Below, piece by piece: positions 48,042 to 60,084 of a stretch of DNA of 64,000 nt (position 1 is its first letter; each line of letters opens with the position of its first letter). The position numbers and the translations under genes were made by a program. The notes beneath the pieces were generated by a model, which was given only the letters and a program-made list of their open reading frames with translations, ran no database searches and was not told the DNA's origin. The stretch comes from Squalus acanthias (Eukaryota). Location of the stretch: NCBI GenBank assembly GCA_030390025.1, contig CM059431.1, forward strand, positions 123,010,001-123,074,000, read 5' to 3'.

Positions 48042-49935
48042 ATGGCTGACCATGGAAGAGAGTGTGCACCAAAGGTTTGCCAACGCTGAACTAGAGGTCT
48101 TGGTGGAGAAGGTGGAAAGAAGGAGGAGCAATGTCTGGCATCTGCAGGGAGGTAGGATATCCTCCAGACACACAATGAGAAGGCAGTGGGAACAGATAGC
48201 CGCAGAGGTCAATGCCAGGAGTTTAGCCCCAAGGACGTGTAGGCAGTGCAGCAAGAAGTTTAATGACCTCATGCGAGAGGTCAAGGTCAGTGAATGCATC
48301 TTCAAATGTCATATTCTAACAACTGCACCACCTGCTTCAGCCACTGCTCAATTTACCATACTCCCATCACTCACCTACCAACATTCTTTATCAATCAGGA
48401 CTCATACCTAACATTCAGACACTTCATCTCATTCTCACACACTTAGCACTGTTGCAAGCCTCACACCCACATCTCACAGCTTGCACACACTGCCAGCTAT
48501 TCAACCATGACAGTTACATTACCCAAACATATTGCACAACACTCACTGACACATTTCCCTCTCTCTTGCAGGAGCAGATGGCGCACAACTGGAGGCAGCA
48601 GGAACTAATTGGAGGGGGAGTTGCAGGCCTGTATGTTCTAATCCCCATGGAGGAGACAGTGCTGATTATTATGTGGAGGGCCATTGCTGAGACCGTGTCC
48701 AGCAGCGGGGCTGATTTCCATTGGAGATGATGGTATCCTCATACCTAATCCTCCTTCTCACATCACACTTCCCCCTCAACCCACAATCTCTTCTGACTTA
48801 CAAGCTGCAGATGGCGGAAGCATTCACCTCTTATTTTCTCCTCTCCCCTCTTGACAACCTTACCCTTGTCCCTTTTTCCTTTCAGATAGCCAAGAACTGC
48901 AACCTACCCAGGCAGTGGAGAAAGACCAAGGAGACAGTGATGTTGAAGAGACACCTTCATTTGATTCCACACTCGCAGCCACCAGCTCAGATACAGGCAC
49001 ATCAGGTATCTTAGAGGTGGGATCTGCATATAGTGAGGCACCGAGCACAAGTGCACTGCAGCCAGGAACAGGGGGCAAGGATAGCGCAGGTGCCAACTTG
49101 CCGGAGGGCGAGGTCGCAAATGAATTCTGCTGCACAGGACTCAGATGAGGGTTTTGATTGCCCAGGCTACAGAAGAAGGTTGATGGGTATACACAACAAA
49201 TTGCTTGGTGCTTTGGGAAGCCTGCCAGAAAACCTGCATTCAATGTCAAGGAGCATGTAGGAGGCAGGCACCAACTTGGCACAGGGCTTTGTGCAAAGCT
49301 TGGAGCCCATCCTTTCCAGGATGGAATTGGTGGCCAACTCCATCAACACAATTGTGGAACCAACTATGGTGCAGTGTCTGATGGCTGATGTCTCGGCTTC
49401 CATTGCATCACAAGCAGCATACACCAAAAGTCTGAAATCTGCAATTGAAGCTCAGACTGCTGTCTTGCAAGTTCAGACTGCTACCATCATGGCTGTGGAT
49501 ACTAGTGTTGAAAGGGACTTGCAGGGTGTCACAGGAGTCCAGCAATATGTCCTCCAACAGATTACTAGGATTGCTGAGGTGCCGCCATGGGGGAGTGGCA
49601 ATGGCTCCAAGGGGCATGAACCTGCTGTCCTCTCTCAGGATGACAGCATTCATGCTCCCACCTGTGCCATTCCACCAGTGCCCATGCTTTTGCCTGTCAG
49701 CCAGCCAGCACAGACTACTGCTGCCCATGCCGAGATGGTGCAGTCTGAAGCCGGGCCTTCTAGGCCCAGAGCTGCTCGAGGTCGTCCTCCAAGGCCATCT
49801 GCAGTCTCCCCCACTGAAAGTCAGCAGCCTTCCACCAGTCATGCTGCAGCCACTGTGGTAGCACTTTGTAGGAGCACTAGGACAGGCAAAGGCACACGGA
49901 AGACAGGCACCGAGGGAATGCAAAATTGTGATTAG
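48042..49935 (+). pseudogene. Harbinger Myb/SANT-like DNA-binding protein gene, 3 predicted exons (~48042-48285, 48572-48732, 48886-49935), disrupted
   Basis: RFANAELEVLVEKV..RRQWEQIAAEVNA..RTCRQCSKKFNDL; splice signals AAG|GTCAGT, TTGCAG|G, ATG|GTATCC, TTTCAG|A; frameshifts and a TAG at ~49258. Confidence 0.82.
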
Positions 49936-50097
49936 TTTCATTTTGTATGGAATATGGCATGATTTAATTGATCAATTTGGTTTGGACTGTGTTGGCTTTT
50001 ATTTTTGCATTGTGGCCAAGAGGACGATGTGATGGTCAGTGACAGAGAGAAGGTAAGGAGTGTGGGACTGTTGGTGAACGGGGAATTGGGGTTGAGG

Positions 50098-51230
50098 TTA
50101 CTGGTACCGCACTTGAATTAGTTCTTCACGTACAACCTGGGCAGAATTGGGCAGTCTAGGTTGCAGCCTCCCGTCCTTTTCCTCCTCTTCCACCTCCTTG
50201 TCCTCCTCTTCCTCATCCTCCTTTTCCTCTTCCTCATGCTCTTGCTGCTCAGCTTCTCGCTTAATAGGTGGTGGCAAGGGCTGTTCCCTCATGATGGTAA
50301 GGTTGTGCAGCATGCAGCATACCACCACAAATCTTGAGACCTACTCTGTCGAGTACAGGCAGTGGAATCGTTGCTTCAGGATGCCAATGGTCTGCTCTAT
50401 CAGATTTCTTCTGGCATCATGGCTCTCATTGTATGCATGCTGCGCACGTTGTGCGTGGTTTGCAAACCGGAGTCATGAACCATTTCATCAGTGAATAGTC
50501 TTTGTCACCCAGTAGCCACGCTTTGGTTTGGCATGCTGGCTGAAACACAACTGGCACAGCGGACTGCTGCAGAATTAACTGATCATGTCTGCTGCCGGGC
50601 ATTGACCTGCATGATGCACTGCCTATGGTCACTCACCAGCTGCACGTTGAGGGAGTGGAATCCCTTTCGGTTCCGGTACATGGCAGAGTTGACATGAGGC
50701 GCAGGCAAAGCAATGTGCATGCAGTCAATGGCACCCTGCACCGTGGAGAAGCCTGCAAACCTTGCAAACCCTCGTGCTTGCTCCATCTGCTTCTCTCTGG
50801 CAAGAAGAAGTGAAATGAAGTTATCTCTCTATGAATAGAGGGCCTCAGTGACCTTCATTATTCTACTGCATGATGTTGCAAATATCTCCAGCACCAGCCT
50901 GGAAGGAACCAGACGCATAAAAGTTCATTGCCACGGTCACCTTCACAGCCGCTGGTAATGATGTCCTTGCCCTGCTCTGAGGCTGGAGTTTTGGCTGCAG
51001 CAATTGGCAGATTTCAGTGATGACCTCCTTAGTGAAGCGCAGACTTCTCAAACATTGGTCGTCGCTGAGGTTCAGGAAGGAGAATTGTTCCCTGAACACC
51101 CTGGTTGAGGCCCTTCTCTCCCTCCTCCTCCTCCCTCTTCTAGCAGCTTGACCTGCTCTTCATGGCCTCTGTTCATTCTCCCAGTCATGCTCGATTCCAA
51201 GAGCAAGGCCTAAAAGTCCACCCAAGTCTG
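50098..51230 (-). pseudogene. Harbinger DDE transposase (HARBI1-like), disrupted
   Basis: FREQFSFLNLSDDQCLRSLRFTKE, VKVTVAMNFYASGSFQ, VQGAIDCMHI, YRNRKGFHSLNVQLV, WLLGDKDY, VVCCMLHNL, acidic tail; split over frames. Confidence 0.9.
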
Positions 51231-52801
51231 AGAGCAACTGGTTTGTTCAGAGCCTTTAAGTTAGCAAAAATACTTCAGCACCTGCCACACCACTCCCTGT
51301 ACACTACTGAAACTTGAAACAACTATGGAACGCACCAAAAACATGCAGAATTGTAACAACCGCCAGAAGAAATAAACCAGCAACTAACCTGTAAGTAGTT
51401 GATAATCCCTTTAAATAGCACTGGTGGGAGGTCCTTTATGCAGCTTAACACGTGTTCAGCTGTGCAAGCTTAAGAGAGGGCACCGGCTGGAGTGTGGAGC
51501 TCGAAATGGCCGTGCTGGTGTCAAATCCGCATTGCACGTCTGCTCTGCATATGTCCAGTGTACGTTAAGTGCACGTGCACTAATCCCTTTACTAAGGTGG
51601 CGTCTGGCGCACTTCACGTCAGAAGTGTGCGCGAGCACTCGGACAGCATTTTGGAACCCTAAGGTCCCTCATAGGTACCGAGCCCAGTTTCGTCCCCATT
51701 GTTTAGGGAAAATGTGAGTGTCATAATTATTATTTTATGTATTGATGAGGGTAGATAAATATAAATTTCACATTGTTATACAGTTTATCTATCTGTTGTA
51801 TGTCAATTAAAACACGTTATTCCAGTTACAGTGTACATCCAGTCCAGTTAACAGCATGTGATACATTCCAGTAGCTAACGTAAAAATTCTTTGTTATAAT
51901 CCCTGGATCCTGCTCGCCTTTACCTGGATATTGAGCAGAAAAAGGAATGCTCTTGATTTTAAGGGATATGCAGGTAGCGATCCTTCTCTGTGAACCTGTC
52001 TGAAATCAGTTGGGATCACAGCAGAGATTGAAGAAAAATATAGATGGTCAGGCTCAGCAGAGCCTCACCCCACGATGACCCACCACTAGCCTCTCCTTCC
52101 CCATCCTCTGCATGCAAATGGTGGTGGAGGGTGGGGCTCGAGACATTGGCGGTTTTGCTTCCTATCCACCTGTGTTACCGTCATTTCCCGGGATCACCAT
52201 AGGGAAGGTGGCAGAAGGCCCAGGATAGCAACTGTAATAGCCCTGAGGTGTCCCTTGGAGAGAGAGGGCCTTGTAGTGGCCTCCCTGTCCCTCCATTCTG
52301 CCCCCGATGACATACCTGTGTAGGCCTCAGTCTCTGTCAAATCCTGCTGGGCTGCAGCTTCTGCCATCATCGGGGTGCTTCTGCCCCTTTAGATCCATCT
52401 TTACCTCTTGTGGTGCTGCAGTGCCAGTCCTGCTACAGCACCATTGACATCTCTCTTGGGGCCAATGGCAGGCTCCCTCCTGGCAGCAGGAATCCCGCTG
52501 GAAGCTTGCCATGCATTGGAAATGACCCCAGACCCAGCAACATGAGTTGAGGTTGGGGTGGATTCAGGGGCCAGTGTGGAGAAATTTGGCTAATGTCTGC
52601 TTACAGGACTGGTCAGTGACACTGAGTCTGGGCAAAAAAAAATCGAGTGTACAAACCCCAAAACATGACAGTTGTTAAGTATAAAATGACAATAGAAGTT
52701 AACTGAGATAATGCTGGAAACTTCTGAATACAAGAACATTTATGGCTGGATTCTCCTCCCATTGCATGGTTTGTGGTGGGGTGGTCCTAATACTAACCAT
52801 T

Positions 52802-53542
52802 GGCCCAAAAATTAGTGCCGCTACGCGAGAGTACGCACTGCGTACTCTCGCGTATTCTGTCTCCAATTGCCGGTTTTCTGCATGCACTGCGCATGCGCTG
52901 AAAACCGGCACTTGGTGAATGGAAAAGGGGGCGGGTCCTAGGTGAACCGCGTGCGCGCTACAGGCTGCGCGCACGCTGTGCACTTAGTGGTTTCAACGCG
53001 CAGGTAAGTACGGAAGATTCTACACATAAAAAAGGAGGAGTAAGACCCACTTTTAACAAGGTAAGTAGTGAATTAAGTATTATTTTGAATTTTTTTTAAC
53101 AGGTATATCTTTTTTAGAGACTTTAAAGACAGGTAAGTTTATTTTTATAACTTTTTAAAAGATTTTAAATTTTTTCAAAAATTTAATTTTTTATTTAAAA
53201 TGGTTAATTTATTTAATTATACTTATTTTATTAATGTGATGTTTTTTTTTTAATTTAATTGAGGTTTAGCGGTTCTTTTGGGGGGCTATAGTATTCATAA
53301 CTTTCACAGCACTTATGTGAAAGTTATGAATGGAAGATGGTGTGCTGCCATTGGCTCTAACTGAGTCACGTGATCCCACAGCTCGCACGAATTAGCTACG
53401 CCTGTGGGATACGCAAGCCCAGCACACCAGCTGTCCAGAACATCAAGTTCGTGCGAGCTGGAACTGAAAAAGCCAACGCGCAGTGAGAGATCGCGTAGAA
53501 GCCTTACCCTCGCACGAAGGCTTCCTCATGAATTTTTGGGCC
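52802..53542 (+). mobile_element. Family A element, subfamily A2
   Basis: TIRs GGCCCAAAAATT / AATTTTTGGGCC; TSD ATT/ATT. Confidence 0.92.
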
Positions 53543-53639
53543 ATTTCCTTCCAGAACCCACATTAGCTATGCAGAGCAATTTGGAGGCTAGAAAACTGCT
53601 CCTCATGAGATGCTGCAAGACAGCTGAGGGAGCAGCATT

Positions 53640-53890
53640 CTGAAGCATGGCAGCAGTAACAAGGGCACCAAGGTTTTTAGATGTATCTGTAGAAGTGTCA
53701 CAAGCTGAAGTCAGGGCAAGGAGGGACAGTCTCATGGGCATTTGAAGGCTGGAAGCCCCATTAAAGGGTGGTACAGGCTGTTTGGAGAGAGGTAGCAGAG
53801 ACAGTCAATGCAATCTCTACCACCTTAAGAATTGTTATACAGTACTGAAAAAAGTTCAATGACCTCACAAAGATAGTCAAGATAAGTCAA
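53640..53890 (+). pseudogene. Old Harbinger Myb/SANT-like exon relic
   Basis: RAPRFLDVSVEV..AEVRARRD..WREVAETVNA..KKFNDLTKIVK-like peptide with stops. Confidence 0.65.
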
Positions 53891-54189
53891 GGCACCCATA
53901 CCAACACACATCGTCTACCATTCACTCCCCTCTTGAACTCTTGTATTCTTCCTCTTTCAGTACCCAGGTGTCTGGGAAACTCACTATTGCAAAGGCAACC
54001 TTTCCAAACACTCAACCAGAATCTACAATCACCAGCTACTCTCTCAAATCATTTTGCCTGCCACAAGGACTACGGCTAATCTTCAAGGACACTTCATCAT
54101 CACGGATGCATGCGCTCATATGGAAGAAAGTATACATACCAATGATAGCCTGTAACATTGTATTCTTTACCCCAAAAAGAAAATGGTGG

Positions 54190-54615
54190 AGTACGGTTCT
54201 GTAGTGGTTATGTTACTGGACTAGTAATCCAGAGGCCTGGGCTAATAATCCAGAGTATTTGAGCTCAAATCCTATCATGGTAGAATGAGAATTTGAATTC
54301 AGTTTTTTTTTAAATCTGGAAATGAACAGCTGGAATCAGTAAAAGTGACCATGATGCTGTTGGATTTTCATCACAACCCAACTGGATCACTAATGTCCTT
54401 TAGGGAAGGAAACCTGCCATCCTTACACAGTCACTTAACTGCCCGCTGAAGTGGCCTAGAAAGCCATTCAGTTGTATCAAACTGCTACAAAGAATAACTG
54501 GAACCCCTTACCGAATAACATTGTGGAATCCCAATATCACCTTCTCAGGACAACCAGGGGTGAGCAATAAATGCCAGCCTTGCCAGTGGCACCAACATCC
54601 TGAGACTGGAAAAAG
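54190..54615 (+). mobile_element. LF-SINE-like tRNA-derived SINE, diverged
   Basis: TAGTGGTTATGTTACTGGACTAGTAATCCAGAGG head, CTAATGTCCTTTAGGGAAGGAAA body, GCAATAAATGCCAGCCTTGCCAG tail. Confidence 0.8.
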
Positions 54616-54654
54616 AAAGGAAAAGCTGGCCGACAACTACAACAGCTGAATTAG

Positions 54655-54995
54655 CTTTGAAGTGTAGAGACTGTTCTAATATAGGGAAATGCAGCAGCAA
54701 ATTTGCACACAGTGGGGTCCAACAAACAGCAATAAGATGAATGACCAGATAACCTTTTTCTCAGTGACGTTGGTTGAGGGATAACTGTTGTCCAGTACGC
54801 CAATAGAACTTGTCTGATCTTCTTCAAGCCATGGCATCTTTTACATCGACCTGTGAGGGCAAATAGGACCTCGATTTAACATCTCATTAAAAGACAGAAC
54901 GCCCTCACTACTGCACTGAAGTGCCAGCTTAGAGTGCATGCACAAATCTTTAGAGTTGAGCTCAGAGGCAAGTGTGCTAACACTGAGCCAAGGCT
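54655..54995 (-). mobile_element. Deu-domain SINE, diverged
   Basis: Matches 26540-26908 with more substitutions. Confidence 0.75.
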
Positions 54996-55324
54996 AACAG
55001 TGCATTCCTAAAATAAACATGGCTTGATCACATAGAGTTGTGAGTTTGTTTCTGTGTGTGCTTTCAACTTTTGGGATTTGGATGATGGCAGGGGGAAATG
55101 GAGACCTCTGTCTTATGAATTAACTTGGCAGAAGTCTTGGGAAGTGAGGGACTTTGTGAGGGTGTGGGGAGGAGAACAGAGAATGTGAAATTACTTTATT
55201 TTGCTGAGACAACCTTTATTTTTTGAAAGAATTGGGTTATTAGTTATACTCTCCTTGCTCTGGCAGCTGGCTGCTGGCTCTCCTCTACTTCCTAGTCTCT
55301 CTCGTTGTGCTGTGAGGCTGCAGG

Positions 55325-55763
55325 TGCTTCCTCTTATGAGGAAAGATTGAGGGAGTTGGGGCTTTTCTCTTTAGAGCGGAGGAGGATGAGAGGCGACTTA
55401 ATAGAGGTTTATAAGATGATGAGGGGGATAGATAGAATGGATGTTCAGAGACTATTTCCTCGGGTAGAGGCAGCTGTTACAAGGGGGCATAACTATAAGG
55501 TGCATGGGGGGAGATATAGAAGGGATGTCCGAGGTAGATTCTTTACTCAGAGAGTGGTTGGGGTGTGGAATGGACTGCCTGCTGTGATAGTGGAGTCGGA
55601 CACTTTAGGAACTTTCAAGCGGTTATTGGATAAGCACATGGAGCACACCAGAGTGATAGGGAGTGTGATAGCTTGATCTTGGTCTCGGACAATGCTCGGC
55701 ACAACATCGAGGGCCGAAGGGCCTGTACTGTGCTGTACTGTTCTATGTTCTATGTTCTATGTT
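55325..55763 (+). mobile_element. CR1 LINE 3' end with (TTCTATG)n tail
   Basis: ORF 55305..55676 SYEERLRELGLFSLERRRMRGDLIEVYK..FFTQRVVGVWNGLP. Confidence 0.92.
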
Positions 55764-55799
55764 CCACTTCATCATCATCAGTGCCTTCAGCTTCTAAAA

Positions 55800-56975
55800 G
55801 CAACATGCCTTTTTTCATGGAAATGTTCTGAAGCACACAACATGCTATAATGGTCCTGGAGACACGGGTTGAGCTGTCCTGTAGTAGTCCACCTGATTTA
55901 CCCAAGGCGAGACTTCTGAATGGCTATAGTTTGCATCAATGACACTTCTTCTGCTTCCACGGGTCTCATTGGCCCTGAATTTCTGATCGGAGGCTTCCTG
56001 TGGGCGGATGCCACCGCTCGGAAAAAAACCTACGAACTTACCTGCTGGTTCCATCGATACCGAGGCTTGCGATCCTGGGCCTCTCCTCTTCGAAATGCGC
56101 AGAGGCCCATGTATCCCAAGGGTGCATGCGGTTTGCAAGTGCCCCTGGGATCACGTGGGCCAGGCAAACCAATGGAAGAAGGGAATCTCCCTTCATACTT
56201 TTGAGAGTTCCGTACGCACAGAAATGTCAAAAGTATGAATGGGGATGACTGCAAAAATGCACCAACACACTAAAATAAATAAATAAAAACTATTACATAT
56301 GTAAAATTAATTAAAATGCGATTTAATTAAATATTTTAAACAAAAATTTTATTTTTTGAAAAATAAATTTTTATGTTTTAAAGAGGCTAAAAATAACTGT
56401 ACCTTATTGCACAGGTTTTTTAATGTTAAAATGATTGGAAAAAAATTATTTTTAATGTTATTTTAAACTCTTGTGCTGGTAAAAGAAGGCCTTACGCCTG
56501 CTTTTACCAAGCATAAGAATTCTATGGTCTTTCAGCGGGCGGAAGTTGTGCAAAAAGCGCAAATCTCCACCCGCAGAGGCACTTTTCTTGGGCAGGCGGA
56601 GGATTGGTTAAGAGAATTCTTGACAAATCGCAAGTGCCGGTTTTCAGCGCATGCACTTTGCATGCATGGAACCGGCACTTGCGCGGCCCCTACGGGCGCG
56701 TACGCACCTCTTACGCACCCGTAGGGGTCGCAAAAACCGGCACATATCTGTTCTCCTCGAATGTTTGTGGAATGCTCACTGGAGTCATGAACCTTAAGTG
56801 GAGGGGTTAACCAACATAATACATGGCCTTGAGTCATGAGGGCTGCAATGGTGGATTGTTGCATGATTGATCAAAAGATCATGGCAACTCACCAGATATC
56901 TGACATTGACATGTAGGATTAGGTGATTAGCATGATATACACGGGAAACCCGTTCTGCTCATGAAATAAAGGGGA
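55800..56975 (-). pseudogene. Old Harbinger transposase relic interrupted by a family A element
   Basis: Minus-strand FMSRTGFP (~56945-56965) and CVLQNISMKKG (~55808-55840) resemble the NRKGFH and CCxLHN motifs. Confidence 0.5.
55971..56743 (-). mobile_element. Family A element, divergent subfamily A3
   Basis: Same module order inverted (GGGATCACGTGGGCC, CCAAT, central hairpin, AT-rich core, GCCGGTTTTC..GAACCGGC, terminal hairpin); left TIR GGCCCTGAATTT. Confidence 0.82.
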
Positions 56976-58968
56976 TTTTCACTGGGGACTTGAGTAGCAC
57001 GAGTTCTGTCAATTACTCACTGCACCTGTGGTAATTGAGCCAGGAGGAGCAGAAGTTCTATCCCTGGCTCCACATTAATATTGCAGGCTATTGCTGGCTC
57101 GTGCTCACCCTGCTACCACCACCTCCTTCCCCCCAACCTCTTTGGACTTACACTCGGGCCGGCTTGCCATCCTAACCCAGGCCAAGGTTCTGCGTTGGAG
57201 CCCACAGCTCATCGGATTTATTGCAATGAGACCAGAGGATGAATTTAGCATTGCCCTTGGGCCTCTCTCTTCTGATGTCCAGCATGCCGACCATTTTATT
57301 GGCGCTATTGAATTTAAGCCCCTTTCAGCCTTCACCCATCCTCTCACTTATTCATTGCTATATTTTCACTCTCCCTTTCCCCATCCAGCCTTTCTATCCA
57401 CATTGATCTTTTTCTATAATCCATTCTTTCTATATGTAGCCTAACAGATACCTTCCTGCTCATTGTTTAAGTGCGGATGGAGATATTTTGAATCCTTTTT
57501 TTTAATTCGTTCATGAGATGTGGGCGTCGCTGGCAAGGCCAGCATTTATTGCCCATCCCTGAATGCTCTCATTTTGCTTTTTTAAAATCGCTCTCTGTCT
57601 TCCCTTTGTTACTTTTGCTCACCCTTTTGCTATTTGTATTAATTTAATGATATTCATGGGTAAAACGTCTAAGTTAACCCAAGACTTTATCAAATTGGAT
57701 TGATTTGAGTAATAAAGCTACTGCAGGTTCCTGCACCATTAAATTAAATGTAACTTAATTATCATGACAAAGCCTTGGGCATGATCAGTCGCCATAATCC
57801 TGCATGAGAGGTTTGCCTTCCATTGAATGCTGCCATTTTACTTTTCAGATATAATTCAGTTTCAGAAGTCTTAAATTTCATAATCCTAAACATGAAAGAG
57901 GGTTTGTTACAAATGCATTAATATTTCTATGACATGTCAAGAACTCGGGCGTTCGTGAGCTACAATATCTGCTCAGTTCCAATCCTCTGTGGTATAACTC
58001 TGTAACATATTAATGCAATTTTCATCTATCTGACATGATAAATTGCTAACTGGAGAGTGATACCGAAGTAAAAGTTACATAATGATCTCTGAGTTCCAAT
58101 TAATAACAGTACAGATTTGCTGGTATACCAAATTGTCAGTAGGTATTATCTCAAAATCATTTCTAGATGCATTTTTTGTCCCAAATTCTTTATCACCAAA
58201 AGAAAGAAATCATATTGAGATGGTTCAAAACTATTGAAAACTAAAATAATTTTTATTATCATAAATTTGTCTTTAATGTTAACTGCAATTATTTCATGTG
58301 GTTTATATTTGAATTTCAAAAGATGTTGGGTTAGGCTTTTCTCTGTTTGGATGCCCATTTCTGGCCATACAATGGAGGAGGTTGATGACCAGTGCCAGGT
58401 CTCCAAAAACATACCAGCGAATCATCCTCGGGTCCCATGGGGGTGGACATCTCCAGCCGCTGCACCCCAACCCGCTGCATGTAAATGGTGGTGGATGGGT
58501 GGAGTTTGCCGCAGCGGCACTATTCCCTCATTTACCAGCCAGTAGCCTCTGGCAGTAAAGAATGCCTCAGGAGGAGAGGAGATGGAAATTGCTTGTGGTG
58601 GGTCAGAAGTGCTTCAAACTTAAAGGGCACAGAACCCAGCAAATAAGATTTTTATTAATATTATTTAAAGTTGGCTTTCATTATTTCAAAGCTTTTATAA
58701 GATTTGGTAAAGATTTTTGAAGATTTTATAAACTTGATTTAAATTTTATAAACATTTCTTAAGAATCCATGATTGGGAATGTTTGCTGATGACTGCACAG
58801 TGTTCAGTGCCATTCACAACTCCTCAGATAATGAAGCAGTCCATGCCCGTATGCAACAAGACCTGGACGATGTACAGGCTTGGGCTGATAAGTGGCAGGT
58901 AACATTTGCGCCACAGAAGTGCCAGGCAATGACTATCTCCAACAAGCGAGAGTCTAACCACCACCCCT

Positions 58969-59983
58969 TGAAAGGATTCGCAAAATTTCATGTGTCCCCC
59001 CCCTCGAAGATTTTTTGTTGGACTTATTAATAAGGAACCCTGGTCAGACTGAGTTTTAAAATCCAGGGCATAAAATGGCCGCGGCCAGACCTTGTGACCA
59101 AGAGCTTTTCAGATGCTGGGAAGCTATCAGCTTGTGTATTCCGATGTCTGCAACAGGAAGTTACAGGACCTTTCCTTATGCATTACAATCAGGTCTATGC
59201 ATAAGGCTTTCAAGGTGTTTGCTCAAATAATCAGCGGGGACATTGAGACGGGGCTGGCCCCATCAACAAAACTGTTCTGGACAATCATCGAACCTGTCGA
59301 ACAATAGGGGGGCAGTTGAAGAACTGGTATCATACAATTACCGGCCATCTAACATGATGGGCCGAGACCAATACCTTTTGTTAAAATTCATCATGCCCAG
59401 ATCAGACACTAGAAATGAGCTGATCGGAAGGGAGATTAGGGCGACCGGGAGGGGTATAACTGGGAAGACCCAGCCATTCTCTCTCTCTCTCTGCCTGGAC
59501 CCCGGTTCGCTCTGTCTGCTGGCCAGCAGCCCAGAAAGAAGACTGCCAGAAACTTTGCAGCCACATGTCGAAGGCAGAAACAGAACACAGGGCCAGGTTT
59601 TTCCATCCATTTCAACGGTGAGCATTATCTTCTTCTGGCTGTCGCAAGACAATTCTAGTTAGGCATAAGGGTGGGAAGTAATGGGGATATTGCTAAAATT
59701 GTAATTTTAGGATTTTCCCTGGATGTGTCCGTTCTCCTCCCATGCTAAGTGTAAAACCATCTTCATATGATACTGTTTCTCTGTAGTTTTACTTCTGTAA
59801 ATAAACATTAGTTTTCCTCGCACCAATCCACGGGTCTGTTCGTTTGTCCTTATCGCCGCTCGATAAGTCCTGGGCTCAGAACTAATAAGGGGATAGCGAT
59901 TCGCAACCGCACAGCGGGCAGTACAGTCCAGGAAAACATAACTGGCTGACCTACAAATAAGCCCAAGACAAAAACACCTTACA
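58969..59983 (+). mobile_element. Solo LTR (1015 bp) nested in LINE
   Basis: TGAAAGG...CCTTACA termini, perfect 4-bp TSD CCCT (58965-58968, 59984-59987); TATAA ~59455, AATAAA 59800-59805. Confidence 0.88.
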
Positions 59984-60084
59984 CCCTTGACATTCAACGG
60001 CATTACCATCGCCAAATCCACCACCATCAACATCCTGGGGGTCACCATTGACCAGAAACTTAACTGGACCAGCCACATAAATAC

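Larger units (their letters stand above)
47725..51697. mobile_element. Full-length but decayed autonomous-type PIF/Harbinger transposon (3973 bp), two convergent genes
   Basis: Imperfect 14-bp TIRs GGGGGCTAAATTGG / CCAGTTTCGTCCCC, TSD ATT/ATT, Myb/SANT gene on plus and DDE transposase on minus. Confidence 0.9.

Noticed and set aside
50098..51230. Domesticated HARBI1 or MSANTD/NAIF1-type host genes
   Set aside because: Multiple frameshifts/stops, flanked by TIRs and TSD, and several paralogous relics in the window: transposon pseudogenes.
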